Source: Octopus sinensis
Taxonomy: Eukaryota
Length of the DNA stretch: 64,000 nucleotides
Direction: 5' to 3'
NCBI RefSeq assembly: GCF_006345805.1
Contig: NW_021832533.1
Coordinates: 62,001-126,000 of the forward strand
The position numbers and the translations under genes are program-made. Shown one piece after another: positions 24,359-35,768 of this stretch. The notes under the pieces were generated by a model. It had not been told where the DNA came from and did not search any database. It worked only from the letters and a program-made list of their open reading frames with translations. The first letter of the stretch is position 1. Each line of letters starts with the position of its first letter.

Positions 24359-24541
24359 GTGTTTACTGGAAAGAAAAAACAAGGACAACCGAAATGTAAT
24401 TTTACATCAAAAATCGTTAAATACCAAATGGATACCCCCATACGCACCTCAATTGTTGTGCAGCACAACAAACCCGATATTATGGTCCAAGATAGACACA
24501 CCGATAATATTGTTATCGTGAAAGTGGACACACGTACCTAG
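24359..24541 (+). mobile_element. R4/NeSL-like REL fragment
   Basis: DTPIRTSIVVQHNKPDIMVQD. Confidence 0.55.
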
Positions 24542-24599
24542 ACCGTAAATTATTTTTTGTAGATAAGGGTATTAAAACAATAAGGACGTGAAAAGATAG

Positions 24600-24775
24600 C
24601 TAAGCTAATTACTGGCCTCACGAGACACCCGGCCAGCCTCGCGAATGGCGAAGCCGTTCCCTCGGATCACAGCAATCGCCAAACGTTCCAGGAACCAAGA
24701 ATACTCTCTTGGATCGTGGCTAGTCCTTTAAATCCGTCGGCCGAGCGAGCGAAGGAAGCGGAGTTTTGTAGATTA
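24600..24775 (-). mobile_element. CRE-like 3' fragment (third subfamily)
   Basis: HDPREYSWFLERLAIAVIRGNGFAIREAG*. Confidence 0.7.
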
Positions 24776-24789
24776 TCTGACCATATCAC

Positions 24790-25325
24790 ACCAAACAAAT
24801 ATTGACCAATATGCCAAAAATGATGATTGGGCTCTACAAGTAACCAGAGCATTCATTAAATCCGATATTCCGCTAAACAAACTATCTATGCCATGGCTTA
24901 GAGAATTGTTTTACGGAGGTTCTGTGCGAGTATCCTCACCATCGAAGGCTAGAAGCTGTGTCAATCAAATCATAATTGACCAAAAATTGATAATTCAACA
25001 AAAAATTGTGTATAAAAATTTACTTTATTTCGTAACGATCAAAAGGTTTTTGCTATTGCGAATGAAACAAAAATTCGTGGCCAAAGATACGTTGCTGTGA
25101 TGATTGGATCGTTAAATTCTCCTGAAACAACATATCTGATATCGTTTAAGCCGGTAGAATCTGCTCCTAACAAGAACATCATTGCTCAAATAGTCGACGA
25201 TGTACTTCGGAATAATTTGGTTCAAAGGGAAAATTTCCTTTTGTTAATTTCGGATGCCGCAAATTATATGAAATCAGGCAAAATTTCATGTTTAAGTTTT
25301 AGCTGGCAAAATACTTAAAAATCTG
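24790..25325 (+). mobile_element. hAT-related (CGGBP1/DUF659-like) transposase fragment, cut off by a Merlin end
   Basis: AFIKSDIPLNKL...IIAQIVDDVLR...RENFLLLISDAANYMKS|AGKILKNL. Confidence 0.7.
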
Positions 25326-26277
25326 GGTACATATGTTACTCCACATTCTAAGGAATAATTATATAATTGGAAACCTTTCAATATGTTGGGTGTGTGCACC
25401 CGTAGTTGGATCAACAAAACAATATCTGTGATTCACTTGCAGGTGCTGATATCCTGCATCCTGAAGATCTTTTGTTGAATAACCCTTCCAGCAGTCTGAT
25501 ATGAGAATGGTGCCTTCTTCTACATTCTCAAGAATAGCCTTCGTAAGGGTCTTCATTGTTCTGTCAGGTATTGCTTCTAAGAAGCATTGGTTCGTTTCTC
25601 TGCAGATTCCGGCGAAAACCCATTGCTCAGGCAACATTCTGCCTCTGTTGTATTTCCTTTTTGAAAAATGACTTTCGTCAATTTCCACAATCATTCCTTC
25701 ACCGCCTATTATATTATAAATTTACGCACACCTATTTTGGATCTCTGACGAGATGTCAATGATAGCATGCAAATTTCACGCATGTACATTGACCAGTCCA
25801 CGGTTGTATGTGAAGCCCAACCAAGATTTTCCATGCATATCTCCATAGAAGATATATTTTTTGCCCACAGGTAGACAAACCGGATTATATCTTCGAATGG
25901 TACTTTGGTTCCTGCTAACCACGTTCCTGTTGAGTTTTAATGATATAAATACCAGTTTTTAGACTCGATTTACTTCGACAGCCCCTTCTGTAGCAATTCC
26001 AAGCCGGAGAGCTGCCAATGTTTAAAGTCATTTGGTGTCCGTTGCGACACACTTTTTTTTTGGGATGATTCCTCTGGATTGCATGAAATTGATAGCTTCT
26101 GACATATTTGTGGGTAGATTGAATAGATTGACCTCACTTCTCATTTAAATTAAAGTAGCGTGGGATTTTATTATTTTTATATTGTATTATTTTTAATTAT
26201 ATATTTTTTTTAACTAAAAAAAATATAGTTTTTTTAAAATTCGCTAAAAAGTGGCCGCCAACTACTACATATGTACC
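25326..26277 (-). mobile_element. Merlin (IS1595-like) transposon copy 1; left TIR reduced to 11 bp by an internal deletion
   Basis: GGTACATATGT is joined directly to the transposase 3' region. The right TIR is intact, ending ATGTACC. Confidence 0.9.
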
Positions 26278-26379
26278 AAACAACATCACGAAATATTCCT
26301 TCTGAATTCAATTACATTAAAAATAAAGTACAGCTAAATAATGAATACATCACAATTAATCTCATGCAAACACGTGTCT

Positions 26380-26830
26380 TTATTTATTAGGCTTGCCATC
26401 AAAAATTATAATATTTTAAATAATAGATAATGAGAAATAAGATAGGAAAATATAAAAAAACAGTTGACCATTTTGCCACGAGATGTAGGAAAATACTTAA
26501 CAACTTTTACTTCAGAAGATATAATGACGTTGTAAAATGTTTATATCCCCACTTATTAAAAAAATTTGGAATCAGAAAAACCAAAAGACTTAAAGTCTAT
26601 GCAGTTCAGTTCGTTTTAGCTAATGAGTTCTTTGAAATAAAAGTAGATAGAAAAAACGACACTTTTGTGAAATAACAACAAACCCGATATGTTTGTAGAT
26701 GATAAAACCACAAACACGATGACTCTTGTCGAGTTTGGAATGACGTCCCAGAATAGCTTGAAACAGGTCAAAGTGAAGAAGATTCCAAATAAATTTTTTT
26801 AGCAAGCAAACTAGGGATTATTCACAAAAT
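26380..26830 (+). mobile_element. Decayed R4-like CCHC/REL fragment (also at about 35870-36320 and 45358-45810)
   Basis: KTVDHFATRC...RRYNDVVKCLY...NNKPDMFV; same family as 13184-15586. Confidence 0.7.
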
Positions 26831-26954
26831 AAAAGTTAAGATAATTCAGGTTTCTACGTATTACAGAACCACCTTTAATTTCTTTCTTCCAAACGTATCA
26901 ATTTTTGCACGTGTCCTTTTCGGCAAGACAACAATTAATGAAATTGGTATTCCT

Positions 26955-29020
26955 ACTAGTCAGGACATTTGACTTTCTGGTTTGGACACGTTTTGATGTG
27001 GTAGGCACTGGAGAGTCATCTCATTGCCTGTCTCCTGTCTAAACTGGTCCTCATGGGAGACCGGAACGTCTTCTTTTATTCTCTGGCCGCAGAGACCCTG
27101 CAAGTTTTCCTTGAGGACGCATTTGTTAGAAGGTTTTGTTGGCGAGAAAGTGGCAGGGCGGTGGAGTTGGAGGACAGTGAGAGGAGGTCCTGCTACTTTA
27201 AGGCCATCAAAGTGAGTCTGAGTACATATTCTGCTCTCTGCTGGAGTGAATCCATTTTGTGAAGTCAAAATCATGGAATTGCGGAATTTTATGACCAGCT
27301 GGGATTCCGTGTCGGAAACGTGTTTTATCCTCTCATCAAACTGGTCTACACGGACGGGTGTTCAGTGCACTGGTAGGTGACCCTCCTAATCGTCCAGTGT
27401 CAATATGGGGGAGGGGGAGGCACCCTCGGTTACTCCTGCACACGTGCTGAATCTGATCTATGACCAAGTGGAGGACATGTTGGCCAAACTGACCCTCTTT
27501 CTGGACACTTTGGGAGGTCGTCTGCTCATTTCTCTTGTTTTGGAGGACATCCCTCAGTCTGTTTATGATATCCTGGTGGCCTCTCGTTGTTATTTGTAGT
27601 ATTTGCGATTCCCAAATGACTAATTTGCTTTCTTTGGTGGAGGGAGTAGTGCGAGAGTGGAATAGGCGGGGACTGACTTGCCAAGTCGACTTGTTGGTGG
27701 CACTCGTATCTTCCGCGAAGCTCCCTCGGAGATTCACGGGAGTGTTATCCTACGACAATGTGTATTTGGAGAACTGTACTGGTTACTGTCGACTTGCAGA
27801 TTTCGGGTAACTGTACTGGTTACTGTCAACTTGTACGAAGATGTCTATGGAAGTACTCATAGTGTGGTCACATTTCTCTGTACATTCATAGAAACGTCGT
27901 AAAAGGGAAATGGCAGAACAGGTCCTCATTCGATTGGTTTCCGAGGGAGGATTGGAGGCTGGGTGAATTCCTCTCGTGTTGTGTTTTAATGTGGGTGTGT
28001 TTGATATTCCCAGAACATGGCCATTTTGCGTGGAATGAGACCCACGTTCAGTTTCACTGCAGTCATGGATGTGCTCTCCACCTCCAACTGCAGTGCCTGT
28101 GAAGGACCCCCTTCGAGATTGTGTGGGACAAGATGTGTCTGATCCCCGGACTATGCCGATATGTCAGGTTGGTGTGTCTGTCCATTCGCAGTGCTAAGGA
28201 CGGCCAGTTGCAAGTCCTGTCCCACATCGCCAGACTGGGCAAACTGAGTCACCACGAGGTAGAGGCACCCTTTATGTTAGGAGGACATGCAACTCCTCTT
28301 TGCTGCCTGGATTGGGGAGTTGTGTGAGCTGTGTGCTGCCAAGGTCGACGTGTGGTAGAATATGGCCACCGACTGTTTTCTTCAACTCCTTTCCTTCTCT
28401 AACAAACGACTAAGGACGGCCACTCTTGTCTCAGGACTCGTCATATTCGCCCTCGTAAATTCGTACAGTTCTTTTGATGGTGGCCATTTTATTGCATGTT
28501 GAAGTTAGTCGGGTGGTCGCCTCCTTCCCCCACGACGAGGAGTGCCGACGAGTTCAACTGGATTGTATCAATTTGATATTATCAACATGTCCGACGGAGG
28601 GAGAAGTGTGGTCACTCTTATTGAACAGTCTGAGGGGAGTGTAATGGCCTGTTGTGACATGACAGTAATACAAAGAGGGCATTCAAGACTGTCCAGACAA
28701 TATCCGAACGACACTTGGAGTATATGTGTGTGGAAAATGTCCACATTCTCGCTGATTTGGTCGTCCAATTTGCCACGGGGAAGGTGGACTTGAACACGAG
28801 TCTGTCCTGCATAGGATTACTGGTAGTGTAGTGGATTACTGGTAGTGGGGAATATGCGACCAGATGTGTTCCAAGCACATGCACCCGGATATGTTCTGTC
28901 ACATTTTTGCCAATCTGTTGGCCTGCTGCATGGATGAGAGATACTCCCTCCGTCGGTCTGCCGTCAACTCACTCTATTCGGCCATCACTGCTAACAACAA
29001 GTCCATCGAGGAGGGAGTTT
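26955..29020 (+). pseudogene. MON2: Internal fragment of a MON2 gene, copy 1
   Basis: Spliced AFKTVQTISERHLEYM...DLNTSLSCIGLL|WGICD...LLACCMDERYSLRRSAVNSLYSAI matches remembered MON2 (ELNISLTSIGLLWNISD; LCVDPRPAVRKSA). Both ends are truncated and there is an in-frame TGA near 27259. Confidence 0.72.
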
Positions 29021-29172
29021 CACAATGGCTCTTGCGGCAGGGAGTGTCATTATGTAGCAGTATCCAAAACAGTAAGGGGGTAATAGTCATAAGGGTAGTC
29101 TTCGTATTTCATTGCCTTTATTTTAATGAGGAGTTGATAAAATAAATTTTTGTCTCTACGATGAACAAGAAC
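29021..29172 (-). pseudogene. GT31 internal fragment fused to MON2 and RTE sequence (also 38513-38664 and 48007-48160)
   Basis: Matches about 16255-16410; the intron is retained but its donor is mutated GT>TT. Confidence 0.88.
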
Positions 29173-29459
29173 AATTTTTATCAAAGTGAGTTGGAAGTAC
29201 ATTTCCGATAAACTCGTATAGAAATTATTAAACTTATCCATAAAGGCCAATAATCTTCCCGTGTAGGGCATATACACATTATGACAGTCATAATATCCTT
29301 CATTTGTACAAATTATATCCTTTCACTTGTACACTCATGCATTACTTATAATAAATTATTTCCGTTTTTAATTTAATGTCAAAAAATAATTTGTGCTTTC
29401 AATTCTGAAGATAATCCTGGTCGTCAGCGTAATTACAGTTCTCTATTTTTCTACGACTT

Positions 29460-30880
29460 ATTCACAAAACTACCCAATTTAAAATATCTATAACGTAAAC
29501 CACCACTTTTCGTCATTCCGAGTAGAGAGCCGCTGAATCAAAGTTAAGTCAGTATTTTCCGGACTGATCTTCAGGGACCACCTCTTCAAAACTATTGTAG
29601 CCTTGTCTACTGCAGCTCTTAGAATCTCCACATCCTCAGATACAAAATCCATGTCGTCAGTGTATATTAGTTCTACAAAATGATTATTTAAGTGATGCAA
29701 TTCATTTTTGACATCCCTAAACGCAGCTTTCAAATAGATTACAAAGAGGACTGGCGAAAGAGAATCCCCTTGCGGGGTACCAATCCCGGTGTTAAATTTA
29801 TCTGAATAGTCTCTCCCCACTTTACTAAAAGGCTCGTATCAGCCTGCAAAAAACACACAATCTTCATCTTCATCAACAAGAAACTCGCAGTAGTTCTTGA
29901 CAGATACTGTCGAACGCTTTTGATAGGTCAACTTCCAAAATGTGCATCGTTTTCCTGTACAAACCAATGACACAATACTATATCAGCGGTTGACTTTCCC
30001 CGGTCTGAATCCGCTTTGACTTGGCAACAGGATCAACTGATTTTGATACACAATTCAATGTTATAATCGACAGGGTTTTTTGCAATGTGGTCAAAAGCAC
30101 GATTAGCCTGAGACTTTCAATTGCAGAGGAAGTAGAACTTCCATTGCGAGTTCATTTAGACAATGAATCCTAAATATCTCATTGAATATAAAGGTTATCC
30201 TTTCTGCAAGCTTCATCTGCGCGTATTTCTGCAACTCTCCGCAAATATTATCATAACCCCCTGCTCTGTTGTTATTCAGTCAAAGCATTGCTGAGCGAAT
30301 CTCAAAAGACGATCATGAAAACAAATCGTAGGTATTTCAAAAGACGATCATGAGATTTCCAGAGGAATTTCAATATCATTTTCGGTGATTACCAATGAAG
30401 CGTTCACCTCTGCGTTTACTTCCTGTCTTTAAGTTCCAGTCTTCCGCACCAAAAAATAGTACGAACGAGCAGAGTTGGGAGTACATTTCCGATAAACTCG
30501 TATATAAATCATCAAGCTCATCCATACAGGCCAATAATCTTCTCGTGTAGGGCGTATACACATTTATGACAGTCATAATCAATTTCTTATTACGTGATCC
30601 AATATTAAATTGAATAATGGCGATTCTGTCTATTACCCTCTATAATTTAAGTAGCCGATCCACGAGTGAGATGTGTATGGCGAAGTCCATTTCATAGTGA
30701 CAGGAGTCGGACAGTAATAGTATTAACCGGTAATTGTCATAACATACACCTTCGTCTCTTGCAGGCATGTTTGTATCTTTACAGATCCCTGTATAGAATG
30801 TTCTGTTTGATGTTTAAGGCAATCCCCTTGACATTGAAAGATGTAATGGAAAAAAGTATAGGATGGACAGATCGAGAGTA
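29460..30880 (-). mobile_element. Decayed RTE-like LINE (APE plus RT), in spacer Y
   Basis: GTPQGDSLSPVLFVIYL, YTDDMDF, VINVYTP, FFGAEDWNLK. Confidence 0.8.
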
Positions 30881-31332
30881 CGATAAAGACATTACAGAGT
30901 GAGAGATGTCAACCAACTCAACCACCAGAATTGGATGGATGTACTTCAATATAATCTACCAATTTAAGTTCTTTCTAGAAAATTTTTGAATAAATTAGAT
31001 TTTTTCATGTTTAAATTGTGAAAAATCAAATCTAAAGATGGATAAAAAATTGCTTAATTAATCTTGGATTTTTAAATATGCAACAAAGATTCAAGAATCA
31101 CACCGACAATTCGATATTTGGCAGTAGGTTTGTGTCCTCAAACCCGCTTTCTTCAAAAATCTTAGCATTGAGGATAATCAGCAAGTCTCCAACGAACCAT
31201 TCAACCGCCCATTTTTATTTTCACGGAAAATAAGTGCAAAGTAATATATATTAACAAATATAGTTTAATAAATATATTAATTCAATGTCTAACCAGTGAG
31301 TTATTTAAAATAAAATATTACCTTTCATTATA

Positions 31333-31728
31333 ATGCTTCCACTTGCCCTACTTTTTGTTCACTTTGTGATCCAAAGTGACTGTGATTTAACACAAAAGTT
31401 TTTAAAATTGCCCATTTTAAATTAGTTATTTGAACAACTGTGAATTCAATGGAGAATATGTTGCGGGACATTCAGGAACAATTACAATTCAACATAACGT
31501 TACATTTCCTAATGGAGAAATATTTTCGAATTTAAGATACTTGCAGATATTGTAATCACTATTTCATTAATGCCAGTGTCTGTGAAGGAAACTCGCTAGA
31601 GAGAATACTAAACAACTCATTTGGTAAGTTGGATTTCTTATACCAGATGTATATTCAAATATTTTGAATCATTAGAACACTGCATCCCTGCCGTAACCTT
31701 CGATACCTGAATTTAGATGCTTTTGCAG
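31333..31728 (+). pseudogene. Secreted LRR paralog of 6665, truncated at the Y/X junction
   Basis: MLPLALLFVHFVIQSDCDLTQNYLNNCEFNG...LERILNNSFGKLDFLYQITLHPCRNLRYLNLDAFA; same intron positions as 6665. Confidence 0.75.
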
Positions 31729-32700
31729 ATTCATTAAATCCGATATTCCGCTAAACAAACTATCTATGCCATGGCTTAGAGAATTGTTTTACGGAGGTTC
31801 TGTGCGAGTATCCTCACCATCGAAGGGTAGAAGCTGTGTCAATCAAATCATAATTGACCAAAAATTGATAATTCAACAAAAAATTGTGTATAAAAATTTA
31901 CTTTATTTCGTAACGATCAAAAGGTTTTTGCGATGAAACAAAAATTCGTGGCCAAAGATACGTTGCTGTGATGATTGGATCGTTAAATTCTCCTGAAACA
32001 ACATATCTGATATCGTTTAAGCCGGTAGAATCTGCTCCTAACAAGAACATCATTGCTCAAATAGTCGACGATGTACTTTAGAATAATTTGGTTCAAAGGG
32101 AAAATTTCCTTTTGTTAATTTCGGATGCCGCAAATTATATGAAATCAGGTAAAATTTCATGTTTAAGTTTTAGCTGGCAAAATACTTAAAAATCTGTACC
32201 CCAAGTCATTCCATGTCACATGTTTCCGGATAGGAGGCTTTTATTGTCACATCTATTACACAATTGTTGTAAGAAAATAAAAGCCTCCTATCCGGAAATT
32301 TATTTGATGATTGCTACTGTACAAGCAGCAATTAACAAGAACAATACAAGAAAACGAATATTTAAAGACATAAAATGGACTGGTCACCAAATACCACCAA
32401 CGGTTTAGACAAGTCTCTACAGGCTTATATACAGTCAATTTTTCATAAGAGGACTCTGACAGTATTTTAGCCCCAAAACCGAGGTTATTATGTTCATAAA
32501 GATTGAAAAACATGTCAATAAGCATACATTGTCGTTGTATAACTACTACATCGGGCTGATTAAAATCAAACATGCGAATTTGAAAATATTCCTCTGTGGT
32601 GCATAAAAGTAAGCAATTGGTCCTCCAATTTCTCAAGGACATTGAAATGAAAGATGCACTTGTTTGATAAAAGATGGAATTATGGAGGCCATGAGATTAA
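31729..32700 (+). mobile_element. CGGBP1/DUF659-like transposase fragment (second copy 41219-42190)
   Basis: SDAANYMKS|AGKILKNLYPKSFHVTC..HLLHNC; 25-nt intron at 32149-32173. Confidence 0.75.
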
Positions 32701-32721
32701 AGAAAACACATATGACTCCTA

Positions 32722-34271
32722 CAGTACCGGTCATATGTTTTAGACATTCTGAAAAAATCCCAGTGTTTGATTTTTCTAAAGAAAAATCCAATAAAATAAA
32801 AGTTTTTTAGTAAGTATTATCTATATTATTTATATATTTATCATTTTCATATCTTATCTTCGCTTTATCTTCGACTTCTTCATATGTTTAAGGATTTTGT
32901 CGAAATTGGCCCAGTCATATGTTTTAGACATTTTATTTAAATTCATTATATTTCAATAAAATTTATACTTTTTTTCTATTTTTCGTATCGGAAACGTGTT
33001 TTAAATTAATTTGAAAGCAGTATGCCACGACTTTCTGTTGAACAGCGTCATAGAATTGTTTTTATGCGAGAAAATGGTCATACCGTACAGGAAATATCGA
33101 TTTTACTTGGAATATCCAGATGCGCCGTAAATCACACTTACCAACGGTATTTGGATGGAAATGGGTTTTACGACAGACCAAAATCTGGAAGAAATTGTAT
33201 TCTTTCGGCACGTGCTCAAAGGAATCTTGTACGTGAGTCTCGACGTTTTCCCAAAAAAACAGCGAATGAAATCAGAAAAGACCTAAATATTACGGAAACC
33301 GTCAGTGTCGAAACTGTACGAAGAATCTTACGCAAAAATGAACTTTTCGTAAGAATAGCAGCCAAAAAACCTAGACTTTCAACTAATAATATCAAGAAGA
33401 GAAAAATATTCTGCACTAGAAACATTTCATTCGATTGGAATAAGGTCATTTTTACTGACGAGTGCCGCATCGAATTAATTTCGAAAGCACGAGAATTCGT
33501 AAGGAAATAGATTCAATTCGAACTACACAACGAAAACTCAGAAATTCGCACCTTCAATCATGGTTTGGGGCGGTATCAGACACGATGGAAAAAGTGCCTT
33601 GATATTGTGCGAAGGAAATGTAGATTCCGTAGAATATCAACGAATCTTGGAACAAGGGCTTTCTGAGATATATGATGATAACTTTATTTTCCAACAAGAT
33701 GGTGCATCATGTCATACTTCACGGTCTACAAAAAATTATTTGCTTGAAAAAGAAGTGAATATTTTAAACAATTGGCCTGCACAATCGCCAGATCTTAACA
33801 TAATAGAAAATTGCTGGCATTATTTAAAGAGCAAAATCAGAAATAGAAACCCTCAGAACGTTAAGCAACTATGGGAGATGGAAAAAGATGAATGGAACAA
33901 GATGGGAGATGATTATATTCAAAACTTGTATTTGTCGATCCCAAATAGAATACATGATGTAATATCGAAAAAAGGAGATGTAACTAAATACTAACTTGTG
34001 TTTTAATTAATAAAAACTCGTTTTAACTTTTAAAAATTCCAGATTATGGATGTGCATCGTAAATGTCTAAAACATATGACTGGGCCAGTTTCGACAAAAT
34101 CTATAAAAAGATCAAGATGTCGAAAATACAGTGACGATGAGATTGGGAAAAAATAAATAACTAAAAAAATGGATAATGCTTAATGAAAAGCATTTTTTTA
34201 ATAAGATTTTTCTTTAGAAAAATCAAACACTGGGATTTTTTCAGAATGTCTAAAACATATGACCGGTACTG
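32722..34271 (+). mobile_element. Tc1-family transposon, DD35E, IR/DR-type ends; transposase 33022-33994 with one frameshifting deletion
   Basis: CAGTACCGGTCATATG TIR, TA TSDs, inner repeats at 32907 and about 34062; FTDE, FQQDGASCH, SPDLNIIE. Confidence 0.93.
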
Positions 34272-34527
34272 TATCAAGGAATTCCTATGTAGAAAGTAAC
34301 AAACGGGGAATCCTGGAAAGCCTCAAACTGAAGGTTTGAAAGATGTGAAAGGAGAGTATTTAATTGAGAAGAATCAATTTAAAAACAAGAAAATTGAATA
34401 AATACGAATAACAAAGAAATAATTTAGAAATTTCAAAATGTGTAAAAGAAACAGATTAAAGGAATAAACTCAAAAAATATTCAAAAATGATGGAATTTCA
34501 GATAAAATAATCATTAAAAGAAACAAC

Positions 34528-35768
34528 GGTACATATGTAGTAGTTGGCGGCCACTTTTTAGCGAATTTTAAAAAAACTATATTTTTTTTGGTGAATAATT
34601 ACCTTTTTTAAATAATATTACTATAAAAAAATTAATTATTTTTATACAAAATTATTAATTATTTTTTTTATTTTAGTTTTGATTCTGGGGGACAATGTAA
34701 GGCAATGCACTCCATGATTGTTTCAAATTCTTTCTTTTGGCTGTCTGTCGCCAAATGAACTCCGTAAAATAACTATTAAGGTGTTGTCTGACTGTTCCCC
34801 TTTGTTTTCTATTACGCCATTTGGCGCTACTCCACATTCTAAGGAATAATTATATAATTGGAAACCTTTCAATATGTTGGGTGTGTGCACCCGTAGTTGG
34901 ATCAACAAAACAATATCTGTGATTCACTTGCAGGTGCTGATATCCTGCATCCTGAAGATCTTTTGTTGAATAACCCTTCCAGCAGTCTGATATGAGAATG
35001 GTGCCTTCTTCTACATTCTCAAGAATAGCCTTCGTAAGGGTCTTCATTGTTCTGTCAGGTATTGCTTCTAAGAAGCATTGGTTCGTTTCTCTGCAGATTC
35101 CGCCGAAAACCCATTGCTCAGGCAACATTCTGCCTCTGTTGTATTTCCTTTTTGAAAAATGACTTTCGTCAATTTCCACAATCATTCCTTCACCGCCTAT
35201 TATATTATAAATTTACGCACACCTATTTTGGATCTCTGACGAGATGTCAATGATAGCATGCAAATTTCACGCATGTACATTGACCAGTCCACGGTTGTAT
35301 GTGAAGCCCAACCAAGATTTTCCATGCATATCTCCATAGAAGATATATTTTTTGCCCACAGGTAGACAAACCGGATTATATCTTCGAATAGTACTTTGGT
35401 TCCTGCTAACCACGTTCCTGTTGAGTTTTAATGATATAAATACCAGTTTTTAGACTCGATTTACTTCGACAGCCCCTTCTGTAGCAATTCCAAGCCGGAG
35501 AGCTGCCAATGTTTAAAGTCATTTGGTGTCCGTTGCGACACACTTTTTTTTTGGGATGATTCCTCTGGATTGCATGAAATTGATAGCTTCTGACATATTT
35601 GTGGGTAGATTGAATAGATTGACCTCACTTCTCATTTAAATTAAAGTAGCGTGGGATTTTATTATTTTTATATTGTATTATTTTTAATTATATATTTTTT
35701 TTAACTAAAAAAAATATAGTTTTTTTAAAATTCGCTAAAAAGTGGCCGCCAACTACTACATATGTACC
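34528..35768 (-). mobile_element. Full-length Merlin transposon copy 2; transposase 34673-35635 with three micro-introns
   Basis: TIR of about 60 bp starting GGTACATATGTAGTAGTTGGCGGCC; 7-bp flanking duplication AAACAAC; IVEIDESHFSKRKYNRGR, ILISDCWKGY, VNHRYCFVDPTTGAHTQHIE. Confidence 0.93.

Noticed and set aside
26960-28902. Minus-strand and alternate-frame ORFs over the MON2 fragments (and similar shadows over ABCF1, CRE and Tc1)
   Set aside because: These are stop-poor shadows of GC-rich coding sequence with no motifs of their own.
28864-29145. MON2/antisense-GT31 read-through ORF as a new chimeric gene
   Set aside because: No promoter or start context, upstream lesions, and a short antisense tail; unsupported without expression data.
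29395-29480. LFTKLPNLKYL as another LRR exon
   Set aside because: One repeat-like stretch with no recoverable flanking exons.
32703-32745. CATATGAC in the flank mirroring the Tc1 terminal repeat
   Set aside because: An 8-bp match at a single insertion event cannot support target guidance.
34528-35768. Bacterial IS1595/IS630 contamination
   Set aside because: The transposase has spliceosomal introns and sits among intron-containing animal genes.
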